64,000 nt of DNA from Paragordius varius (taxonomy: Eukaryota; Animalia; Nematomorpha), in contig OZ176056.1 of assembly GCA_964247055.1 (NCBI GenBank), positions 930,001-994,000 of the forward strand. Direction: 5' to 3'. Positions within the stretch are counted from its first letter, which is position 1. Every line of letters starts with the position of its first letter. Both the position numbers and the translations under genes were made by a program. Below are positions 10,995 to 22,591 of the stretch, in pieces. Below the pieces are notes generated by a model. The model was not told the origin of the DNA. It saw only the letters and a list, made by a program, of their open reading frames with translations, and made no database searches.

Positions 10995-13900
10995 ATGGCA
11001 GCCAATATTGGTAAAATGTTGCAAAAGGATCAATCCCATTCTCGGAATAATGTTAAATCCTCGGCTCATTTAAATCATCTTTTATTAACCAAAAGTCTGA
11101 GCGTTGAGGTAATTTTATTTCATTTTTTAAAAAAAAATTATATTAAAAATTTTAAAATATCCAAAAATTTGATATATTTTCTTTTACGCACCCAAAATTT
11201 GAGGGTTAAAAACAAGGTTAATTACATAAATATGTTTGGTTGATCCAAAACCAAATATGCGATATAAAAATTTAAATATAAAATTTAAATCATGTCTTTT
11301 AGCTTTAAATTGCTTTATATCAAACATATTTTTAACAAGAAATGAACCGGACTGCTAAGGTATACAGATTTATCTTTGTGACAATTTTTATATAGTTTTT
11401 AACCAAATTATAATTTTTTTTTAAAAAAAGTTATTTATAAATATATATATATAAAATCATAAGTATACTTTTGATATTTGTATAATTGCAAAAACAAATG
11501 CCCTAAACAGCTGGTTATATCATTTACCATTTAATATACCCTTAAAGCCTTTTTAAACATGTGATTTTTATATATTTTAATATCATTGAAAAAATATATA
11601 ATCATAATATAAAATTAACTCTAGATTATATTTTATGATGTCATTATCAAAAACTAAGGCTTAAGTATCGTTTATTAAAAACTGCATCATATTTTTCTAT
11701 ATTCATTCTTAAATCATATGCTTAATGGCATTGGGTTCACACAAATAATTGCTCATAAATCATATTAAAAAGATCATATTTTTAAATATATTTAAAAATA
11801 TCACGGTTTGGGTTTAAAGCTCTGATTAATTTTACACTAGAGATACCTAAAATATAAATAATCCTTGTAAAAAAGTTTTATATAATCCAAAGGGTCAAAG
11901 ATTTTAAAAATAATCAACCCTCTTTAATATATATATATATATATATATGTCAAATATATATTATCTTTTTAAACCTTGTTTTTGTCATTAAAAGCGTTAT
12001 ACCCTAAAAAAGTAATAACCTTACTAAATTTATAGATACGTTAAAAAATTTATACGAATTAGGATTCATATCGAACAACTGGACGAAAACGTAATCTCAT
12101 AAAAGATGCCATGTTTGAAAAAGCATTTCACCATAACTCTCAACAGGAGGGAGAAATGCTCAAGGATATTAACAATAATGACATTTGTCCATCACCAAAT
12201 TTCAAGCAGCTGTCTCTTGAACCTGATTTAACAACAGTAAAGGAATGTAAAACTAAAAGATGTTCGACAAATTCCACCCAATCTCAACGAACAACGGAAG
12301 ATGATTTATACGGATTTGCTTGCAAAGAAAACCACCCGTATTTAAATGTGATGGGAATAAATAAATCAAAAAGTAAACTAGTGTCCAGAAAAATTGAAAT
12401 TACACAACTAAACATAAAAATTAATTTTTTTCAAAGGATTAATTTTTTAAACATAAAATTTTGGTTTTAACGGGAATCAGAGATGCTAATTGATAATATA
12501 ATAATTTTATTGGTTGTGAAAGAAAATATATGTTTCCAAAAAGTAAGGTTATCTTTTGCAAAAAAATATTTGTCCTTATATTTTTACGTTTCCGTATGAT
12601 TTTAATTTTCACATTAACGATTCTCCGTTTTAATTTTGGAAATTTAATTAAAAATATCTAAGAGCGTGTGTAAAACAGTCCCTTTTTTACTTAGGTTACA
12701 ATGAAGAACTTATGGCTCAAGCGTTACCAAATGATGTGTTGAACGGCCATTCTTTTAACACTAAAGCTTACCTAATCCTAATTATCTATGAAATCGAGGA
12801 TATGCTTTCTCCTACCCTAGACACTTTGCTTAAATTATCTAGAGTTTATTTTATTTTTACACTATTTTTACGCATACTTTTTTTATAATAGAAATGGGAT
12901 AGAGTTATTTAGTTAACATTGCTTTTACTTTGTAAAAAAATACATTTATTAAAATTGGCATTTTAGGTATATCGATATGAAATAATTCATATTGATACGC
13001 GAATCTCGACAACCCATTCGAAAGAAGCTGTTGAAACGAAAACCAATCAACCCAAATTGAGTATGGATATTTTGGTTAAAATCCAGTTTACGGACACGCA
13101 ACCAAATAAAAAAGATTTGACGGCACTCATGACATGTCTAACCAAGAAATATGAGGGAAAACTCAAATTTTTAACACCATACCTTCAAATTCCAAATGAA
13201 TACGATTTTCAAACTCAGAACGGTGCAAAAATGCAACACGAAAGCACGGAAGAAAAGACAGATTTGGTTGATGATAAAGGTATTTGATTATTAAAAAAAC
13301 ATGACACCCCAAAACTTGGGAAATTATAAAATTTGTCGCGCAATTACGGATTAAATAATTATTAATATATAAAACTGAATCTTATATATAACATGAAAAT
13401 ATAAAAATCCCAACATATTTTTTATTGGATTCAAAACTTCCTTATTTTATGAAAACCCTAATTTAATTTAGCATTTCTTCCATTGATTAAACTGGTTTGT
13501 TTAAAAAAATTTAGAAATTTGGGTTCCAACTCATCTCAATGATTTAGATTTGTGCAATCACGTCCTAGTAAAGTTTGAACCAGAATTGCATTGTTCTCAT
13601 CCGGTATTTAATTAGTTTTTCTTTTTTAATTTAATTATATTTTTACAGTAAACTTTAGTTTTCAGTTCGTTCATTGAAAACATGTATCAAAATTTGGATA
13701 TAATATAATTTAATTATTTTTACAGTATAAACGCTAAATTATACGGATAAAACGTAAAAATATAAAGACAAATATTTTTTTGAAGAGAACGATGTACTTT
13801 TTTATACTTGTTTTTTTTAAATTAACTCATTGGTTGAAACTGACAGTATGAAATTGAAATGTAAATAGGTGTAATTATATATTCATCTAATAAAAATTAA

Positions 13901-16900
13901 GGTTTAAAAGTAAGGTTATTGTCTTTTGAAAAAAAACTACTTGTCTATATATTTTTACATTTTGTCCGTATAGTCTCAATATTTACTGTAAATAAAAAAC
14001 GAAAACTAAAATAAAAATCTTTTGGATATTGGTTAGGGCTTTCTGGACAAGGAGTACAGGGATCGGCGTGCTAACATAGTAAAAATGGCATTCAAGTATA
14101 AATTGTAAGCATTTTCAATTATTTTCGTATAAAAAATAATTTAAGGTAAATTTAAAATATATTTATTATTGATGATTTTAGCTCTGAAGGTGGTCCCCTA
14201 CCCCGGGTGGATTATTCGCCTCAAGAAACTCAAGCATGGTAAAATTTTTACATTAAAAATTGGAGTTTTAATAAAATATAAAAATTAAAAAAATTTATTA
14301 AAAAAAAGACAACCATACTTTTTCTTACCTAGATTTTTAGCACATAAACTATTTAATGTTTGTCTTGAAAAAAACATGTCTTTTTATTTTTACGTGTTGT
14401 CCGTATAATTTTAATTTTTACTGTACATATCGTAAACTAATTACGTCCATAATAATTAAAAAAATAGGAAAAATATAGTTTGATTTCAACCATTTGTTGT
14501 TTTTTACCCAAACGTTACTGTATTGCCAATTGGTTAACAATAATTCGAATTGTCTAACCTAAAATAATTTAGTGTGTTACCTATTTAACTCAAAAAAATG
14601 ATTAAATTTTAGAAAAACAGAGCATCTTTTGCTGTATAATTTCAATTTTAACTGTATATATATTTTTTTAGATAAATTAATTTAATAAAATTATTTGATT
14701 TGCAGGGGTCTCGTGTATAAAAAATGCAAAGATATGCATAAAAAACATGCTTGCACTGAATACAATAATGTATTTGCCATGTTGGAAAAAGAGGGCATTT
14801 TTCGACCCGATGTTGTTCCTCAACTGGAGGAGCTATCCAAATTTCTTCAAAGTACACACAAATGTTTTTTTGATATAAAAATTTATTTTTAATTTAAATA
14901 AACCTAATATATTAAATTTAATTCAAATCAATAATATGTTTCATTTTGTAACGGGAAGGGTGAAATACCCGATTATTTTGACAAAATATTTTAAAATCTG
15001 ATTTTTTTAATTATGTGATTTTAGCAAATTTTATGAATTTCTAAACACATATTTATTATTTTGGAAAAAACATATAAATTTTTAATATTTTCATAGTTTT
15101 TTTGTGATAATTAAGTTCTATTAAAGACCGAGCGAACCAGAGAACCAAACAAGCAATTAGGCAAATAGGAATCAAAACTATTTGTCTGTAACCTAAAGGC
15201 ATCTTATATGAATATAAAAAGGGATAATCTACTTATATTTTTTTATTTGCACCTTTAGAAAAATCGGGTTTTCGGTTAAGACCTGCAGCTGGACTCCTAA
15301 CTGCAAGAGATTTTTTGGCCAGTTTAGCTTTTAGAGTGTTTCAAGCAACACAATACATGAGACATACGTCAGCCCCTTGGCACACTCCTGAACCGTATAT
15401 AACTAAATTTTTTCGTTATTTTTATATTTTTATCAAAAAATGGGTTATAATTGATACCATTTTGAATAAATAGAATAATATATCCTAAGAAACCCGTAAA
15501 AAGTAAGCTAAAATCCTTTATAGCGAAATAATGGCGACAATGAGAATACGCTTAACAGCTGATTATATTTATTTTTCCTTTTTTTAAATTATTTTGACCA
15601 TTCATCGTTTTTGGCTTAATAATGGGAATCATAGATGTAAATTGATAATACATTCAATTATATTACTATATTGCCATTTTTTGTTTAAAAATATAAAGTT
15701 TCAAAATCTACAGCGTTTTTTTCAACTAATATTTGTCTCTAAATTTTACATTTTGTCCGTATAACTTCAATTTTTACTATGTTAGTGATGTAATTCACGA
15801 AATCCTTGGACACATACCAATGCTTGCAGATCCTGAGTTCGCTCAACTTTCTCAAGAAATAGGTCTGGCTTCCTTAGGAGCCACCGATGAAGAAATTGTC
15901 AAGCTTGCTACTGTAATTACCCTAAAAAAATATTTTAATAACGTTATTTTAGAGAAGGTAACGCGTTTAAATTTGAATAAGTCTCTCTGGGGAATATTTA
16001 AAAATTTGCAAAGTTTTTTCCATATTCCCTAGTCTTTCTGGAAGCGAGCGTTACTTTTACGTTTCACGCAATTTAGTACTTTTAAATAGGATAAAATTAA
16101 TTTACTAAGGTATAAACAGCTGTACATTAATTATGGAAAGTGAGTTTGAAATTTTAGGCAAGTTTATTAGGTTTAGGTTATTTAATAACTATATTTTAAA
16201 TTGGTTAAAACATCCTTTTTTATTAAAAGATTTTTATTTAATCCTAGCTGTATTGGTTTACTGTTGAATTCGGACTATGCAAAGAAAACAATGAAATAAA
16301 GGCATATGGTGCTGGCCTGATGTCATCTTTCGGAGAACTTGAGGTAATCAAAACGATTTTTTACATATTTTATAAATAAAATTTTCATTTTAAATTTATT
16401 TTAATTAAGGATTAAATATCATTATTTACATAAAATAATTAAAAGGATTCCATTATTCCTAGGTTAATTAGAAAGATAAAAATGCTATCTGTAAGATTAA
16501 AAGAATATTATCGAAATCAAAAGCATTTTACATGAATAGATATTGAGTCATAATAATAATTGCGAAACCGTATTTTTCCAAAAAAGCAAGTAAAAACTTA
16601 TTTTAAGGGCTCTGATTTCATTTTTTTTATAAAAAATTTGATCTTTATTTGATTTATAAAGCATGCGCTATCAAATAAACCTCAATTGTTACCATTTGAT
16701 CCAGAAAAAACAGCCATTCAACCTTACCAAGATGAAACGTATCAAGGCGTTTACTTTGTTATGGAAAGCTTTAAAGATGCCAAGGAACAATTATTGTAAA
16801 TTTTTAAATTATATCTTAAATTTGATATTTATTAAAATTTATACAATACTTAACATAAATCATTAAATGTAAACGATTAATATGATAAATAAGAACCATA

Positions 16901-17226
16901 TTTTTAAACCTTTTATCGTTTTATAAAAAATAACTTATTTCATACTTGACAGATGTATATCAAGGTTATATATAGAAAACAAAAATTTAATTTTTTTCAA
17001 TATTCTAGTAATTTATACCATATTCCTTTAAAATTTTCTCTTAAATCTAAAATATAGGAAATATACGACGACCAAACTAAAACGCAATTATGAAGCCACG
17101 TATAATCCCTTTACCAATTCCGTAATTTTTCTGGATGGAAAAGACGGCATTAAATACTTATCTGATCGTATAGCTCATGATACGGTTAAACTCAATTCTG
17201 CCCTCTCAAAATTAATTGTGATTTAA
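10995..17226 (+). CDS. TH: Tyrosine 3-monooxygenase (tyrosine hydroxylase), about 635 aa. Exons: 10995-11108, 12063-12372, 12695-12843, 12967-13279, 13515-13603, 14037-14104, 14182-14238, 14706-14851, 15259-15394, 15786-15912, 16248-16343, 16662-16795, 17058-17226
   Basis: Aromatic amino-acid hydroxylase fold with an ACT-like region and iron ligands HEILGH and VEFG. TH-diagnostic residues are present: RVFQATQY (Q310-equivalent), PWHTPEPD (H323-equivalent), QPYQDETYQ (D425-equivalent), plus [19 protein letters not shown] as in invertebrate TH. The N-terminus TKSLSVE|[19 protein letters not shown] resembles Drosophila pale KKSYSIE|NGYPSRRRSLVDDARFE. All phases are consistent; the exon 2 donor at 12372 is the least certain junction. 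Confidence 0.93.
13723..13988. mobile_element. MITE family B copy (TH intron)
   Basis: TA|CAGT...ACTG|TA with the family core. Confidence 0.78.
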
Positions 17227-17879
17227 ATGGACAAAAAAATTAATTTTGTTTAAAACATTTTAAAGTCTAGTCTATGGAAAAACTTGTATCGATTTTAAAT
17301 TGATTTTCAAACAATTTGAATGCAATACAAAACATTATTTTAATTATTTATTTATTTTTCTCATTAAAAAATTTATTTTTCGTACAAAGTTTTTTTTAAA
17401 GATTTCGACTTTTGTCATTTTTTATATACATTGTGATAGTATTTATCTCTTTTTGTAATATTATATATAGTAAGGTGAAAATGGAATTTAAATTATACAA
17501 TTAAATTTTAAGGAATTGAAAAAAGAAGTTATCTATTTCAATCCAATATATTAATTCATTTTTTACAAACACAATTTTTTTATAATATATAAATATTTAT
17601 TCAAAAATGTTATTTTTATAAATACATATTTATATAATTCAAAATTTATAATTTATTTATTTATATAACAAGCTGCATAAAAAATTGTGCAAAAGCAAAA
17701 TTTTAATACATTGTTTAACAAACAAGCATATAATTAACAAAAAAACAACTGTAACCGTTAAATAAATGCAACTATTATACATTTTGTGTTTAAATAAAAT
17801 TAACAATTTTGCGAACAAATTTGCAAGATATATGGAGATGACTTTGTTTTGATATATAATAAATTTTAACGAAATACTT

Positions 17880-18120
17880 GTAGAAAATATAAGGACACAA
17901 CGTAAAAATACAACAAATATTTCTTTAAAAAGACAACCATACTTTTTTAATATTGATTATTTTAAATATAACTCATTGTTAGAAATGTAAATTAGTAAGA
18001 CAATCAAGTAATTTCACGATTGAATGTTTTTTATAGGATAAATCAAGTTTTAAACAAATATGGTGGTTTTTTAGCAAAAAATATTTGTCTTTATATTTTT
18101 ACGTTTTGTCTGTTTAATTT
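17880..18120. mobile_element. MITE family B copy, degenerate, between the TH and DUF4211 3' ends
   Basis: Family core AAAGACAACCATACTTTTT...AACTCATTGTT...TATTTGTCTTTATATTTTTACGTTTTGTC. Confidence 0.65.
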
Positions 18121-18194
18121 AAATTTATACCATACTTATTAGAGAAAAAAAATTAAAATAAAGCAACCAATATGGTAAAGACAACAATGTAATA

Positions 18195-19699
18195 CTAACA
18201 AATATGTTGTAAGGGTGAGGGTGATTTAGTTTTTTCTATATAAGCCAATGTATAATCCCAAGTTTGCCTAATTTCTTTTAAAGTCTGCAATAAAATATAG
18301 AAAATAAAAAGTTAATATATTTTTTTGGGGGAGATGTTTTTAAGTTTTAAAACTTTTTAATTACCTTTTCAACAAAATTTGGCGGTTCAAAACAACGATC
18401 TAACAAAAAGGAAAAATTGTGCTCTAATTCTGGGTTTTGGACTTTTATTAACATAATCTAAAACAAAAAAATTATTTGCATAAAAAGTGTTACAAAACGC
18501 TTTAAAGACTAATGTTTTTCCTGAAAAATAAAACAGGAATATTTTATTTTATAAAACCTAATAATTAAGTAAAATAGTTTAGTGACTTGTAAAATTAACA
18601 TCTTTATTACTCGTTCGAAAATATCTAAAACGAGATTAACCAAATGAGGCTAGTTTTTCAAAAAATGTATTATACTTTTACTTTTTGTCTAAGACATTCA
18701 ATTTTTACTGGAACAATAAGATTGCGCATAAAAAAGGCATTTAATATTCAATTTTAAAAAAAAAAGTTTACATAAAAGGAGTTTTTCGCTATTAACTAAA
18801 ATGTAAATAAATAATTTTTAGGAAAAAATAAATTAGACAAATAAACATGAGGACAACCATAGTTTAACAACCTTGATAATATAACTTATCGTTTTGAGTT
18901 GCAAAATAACAATAATATTTGTATGGTACAAAGTTCATTTAAGTTATATAAAATAAGTTGTGGCTGTTTTTGTGGTAAAATACTTATTCATAAGTTTTAA
19001 GGTGTATTTGTTTTTATATTGTAATAAAAATCCGTTTTAAACTTATATATGCCACCAATACAAACCAACTTAAATAAACTTTATAAATATTAACCTACTT
19101 ACAAATAAATTAATATTTTAAAAAAAGATGGAAATTTAAATAAATTTTATAGGAATTCAAATTATTATTTAACAGAAACTAACATATGTTGAGCACTTTT
19201 GGTATATTTGAAAGAGTTGATGCCGTATATTGTGATAAACTTGAGCAAGTTCCTGACAAGTAGGACATAAAAAATATTCTACGATTGGCAAGTTTCCGAT
19301 ATTCTGCAATTCTAAGTTGTAAGCTGGGCCAAATAACTCTATGATTGAATAACACTTTGCTTCCTCGCGTTTACAAGCCTGACAAATATGTAACTTCAAA
19401 GAATTTTTTATGTTAATGGTTGAATGCTTCGTTAAACTAATCTTTAATATAATTTGCATTTACAATTAAAGATTTGTCCCAATGTAATCCTTCCATTCTT
19501 GCTATAAGAGGCTTCGTCAATGATTCGATATAAGTTGTAACTTTGGTGTATGAATCATAAAAGTACTCATCTATATTTAATTTTGGTAAAAACCTTTCTC
19601 TGTATTGACCACAACCCAAAATTTTTGGGACAAAGAAGCGCTAAAAAGCACTTGCAAAAAAACTTTCAAATTAACCTCAAAAATATGCTCATAATTCAT
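18195..19699 (-). CDS. DUF4211-domain protein (QSER1/PRR12/CCDC82-like C-terminal domain), 217 aa from the first in-frame ATG; the 5' end may extend further. Exons: 19699-19594, 19570-19464, 19441-19184, 18457-18365, 18284-18195
   Basis: The spliced product reads MNYEHIFEVNLKVFLQVLFSASLSQKFWVVVNTEK|DEYFYDSYTKV...LHWDKSLI|ISLTKHSTINI...CQAC...LFGPAYN...FLCPTC...VYHNIRHQLFQIYQKCSTY|IMLIKVQNPELEH...FVEK|..KEIRQTWDYTLAYIEK. This matches my recall of DUF4211 motifs (DEYF, W, CxxC, G-x-x-YN, YH-x-x-x-H). It needs two micro-introns (19571-19593, 19442-19463) plus ordinary introns of 726 and 80 nt. Confidence 0.78.
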
Positions 19700-20563
19700 A
19701 CATCCCACATCTGACCATTTATCAACACCATTTATATTAATTATTAATATTTAACAGTATGAATACTCGTTTAAATTAAGTTTGTGTTATATTTTAAAGA
19801 ATATTAAATAAAATCAATATAAGTATAGATATATAGCCGATAAGATTTTATATTACCACTCTATACCAAATATTTCTTCATTTTATTTTATACATGTCTT
19901 TATATAAAACTATCATTATAACCCTAAAAGTCTACCCGATTCTCAACGCTACTAGACGGCTGACACTGAACCATCTATATTGGTGTATGGAAGGGCAGCA
20001 AGGGACGTCTTTTGTTGACAGTGGAGACGTGGGTCTAAAACACCTTGATATACCTTAATTACAATTTAAAATAGTCTTGTATCTTAGACGTTAACACTAT
20101 TTTGATTTTTCGATATGACATTTTAAGTTAAGGTGGCTTTATGACTCAGACTTAAGGCTATAAACAAACTAATGTTAAATATCTTTTAAAAAATAATTAA
20201 ACCCTCATTAAATAATTTAGTCACAGTTATTATCTCAAAATCATACAGCTCCAAACCACGATTGACACGAATATGATATTAAGATTGAGATATATTAAAA
20301 TTTCCTGGCAATATGTGTTTGAAAACCTTTCTTAATAATTTTTTCAACCATAACATCCTTGTCTGTTTTATCTCTGATTAAGTGAAAAAAAAATGGCAAG
20401 TTTAAGTTGCGGATATTTATGAAAAAAAAATCTGCATCATACGATAAGGCGAGCAAAAACATTTTTTAAATTTGACCCGGTGCCGAAAAATTGACTTTTT
20501 GCTTTGCGAATGACAGGAAAAATAATAAATGCAATGTTTCTTAAAGCGTTAATTTACATTTAA

Positions 20564-21062
20564 CACTTTGATTCAAATTGGGGTATCTTAATACCCCAGG
20601 CTAAATTTGAGTTAGGATATTTAAAAAACTACTGAAGGAAATGGTCCCAATTTAAAATTATGCTTCTATCTTAATAAAAACTATATAAATATGCCAAAAT
20701 CGTGTCAAAGTATTTCGACGGCATTTTTATTTTACAAAATTTTTGGAAAATATTGTCTTCATTTAATTTTAAGCGTAAAATTAAAAGGCGTCATTTTGTT
20801 TTATTTTTCAATTTTACCATTACACACATGTCATGTTGACTATATTTTTACCTTTCGGTTTTAGCTTAAAATAAGTAATATCAAGTTTTTTTGAATAATT
20901 TTTTTATATATTTCGGTTATTTAATGTTATGTGAGTGCAAAATTTTGCCATAGTTTCGATTGCTTCCATATTTGTTAAAAAATTTAATTTTAAACAGGCT
21001 TGAGGTATTTAACTATCCCAATTTGAATCGACGGACTAAAATAAATGTATTGTATCCAAGTG
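20564..21062. mobile_element. MITE family C (TTAA-flanked, piggyBac-like)
   Basis: TTAA|CACTT...GATTCAAATTGGGGTA...CCCAATTTGAATCGA...AAGTG|TTAA; homologous to 43540-44046 and 46287-46859. Confidence 0.8.
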
Positions 21063-21299
21063 TTAATCCATAATAAACCTATTATTACTTCTCGCATTAA
21101 GCATCTTATAAACCCAAAAAATGGCTGCGAAAAAAGAATGTGGTTTTTACAGTTGTGTGACTTTAGATATGACTAAAAGCGAAGAAAAATTATTTCGATA
21201 TATTAATAATTATTAGAATGTTCGGCTTTAAAGTCACTTTGGGGAAATCCCAAATCTTAAAGTATTATATAGATTATCACCCATAATTTTGTATTTAGC

Positions 21300-21480
21300 T
21301 TTTAAAAGCTTCTTAAGGAATGTTAACTAAAACATTTTTAATTTGGAGTCATTTACATTCGGCAATAAAGTTATTTCCAGCATTCATTACTTTTAGTAAT
21401 CTTTGTTAATAAATATAGCTCCAGGCCTCAAGTATCTCTTTATTATCTTTGGGTTCATGCATAGAGAGAATCTAAACTAA
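21300..21480 (-). mobile_element. Possible Penelope-like element GIY-YIG endonuclease remnant
   Basis: The minus frame reads ILSMHEPKDNKEILEAWSYIY*QRLLKVMNAG, which resembles the PLE C-terminal IL..E....R..LEAW.I.....MN..G pattern. Contains in-frame stops. Confidence 0.3.
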
Positions 21481-22591
21481 ATATTTAATCTTCTAAATAG
21501 ATTTTAAAAAAATTTGGGAATAATTTTTTAATACCATATATTTTAATTATTAGCTATATACGTAATTTCATTGAACATCCATAAAATATATTTCACAAAA
21601 ATTGTAATTGTTTTTTTTATACATAAATATTATTTATTCAAAAGCATCTTTGTATATAATTAAATTTGATATCATTTGTAATTTTTAAGTGGTCAGTATC
21701 CAGTAGTATAAGTGACTTAAAATAAAAGCATTGTATCTAAAATTATTTTGAGAACAAATATGTATTATTTTATTATATTTTTAACTTTAACCATAATTAA
21801 TAGCCAGATATAGTAAAATTTAAATAAATTGCGTGAGTACCATTTTTACCGCCATTTTTTATAATGGGAACTAAAAAAATCTGTTCCCTTATTAATATTA
21901 AATAGGATATCAATAAAGACGGTTTTAATTTCTTTTGTTTTGACATAATCGGTAAGATATTATTATTTTTAAATAACTAAAACGATGATCATCATACATA
22001 TAATTTTTAATTCAAACATCAACAATAAACAAATTTATTAAAATAAATTGAATATTCTAAATAAATAATTCATTGATTTAATATATAAATATAAACCAAA
22101 TTTATAAAAGTTAATATATATAAATGCAGGTGATATAAAGGCGAAAATTGTGTTTTCAAAATTTTCCATATATAAAATAAGATTCAAATTGAAATGAAAG
22201 AGATTATATTAAACTTATTATTTCTGAAGCGCTGTTTCTGATATTTAAAGATTGATTTTTGGGTATAAAATTAGTTTTAGAGGCTTCAATTGACTCGGTA
22301 TTGTAGGTATCTGTTAAATTTTGTGGATTATCTATTTAATAAAATTATATTAACAATAAAAATTATGAGTGAAAAAGAATGTAAAAATTAATAGTAATAA
22401 CTTTTATTATAAAAAAGCGTTTAACTCAGCTATAAAAACTATAGCATATTTTTAGGCATTTATATAAATATATTTTTGGTTGATAAATAGATTCATATTT
22501 AACAAATGGTATTGTTTATATAAAAAATATTTAAAATGTATAAATATGGTTGTCTTTATTAATAAACTAAACAATATTAAAATTCGGGTAT

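Noticed and set aside
10995-17226. Calling the hydroxylase phenylalanine or tryptophan hydroxylase
   Set aside because: The specificity residues (FQATQY, WHTPEPD, PYQD) and the N-terminal motif match tyrosine hydroxylase.
19985-20010. SRP RNA helix-8-like GGAAGGGCAGCA
   Set aside because: The flanking stem does not pair convincingly and no other SRP helices are evident.
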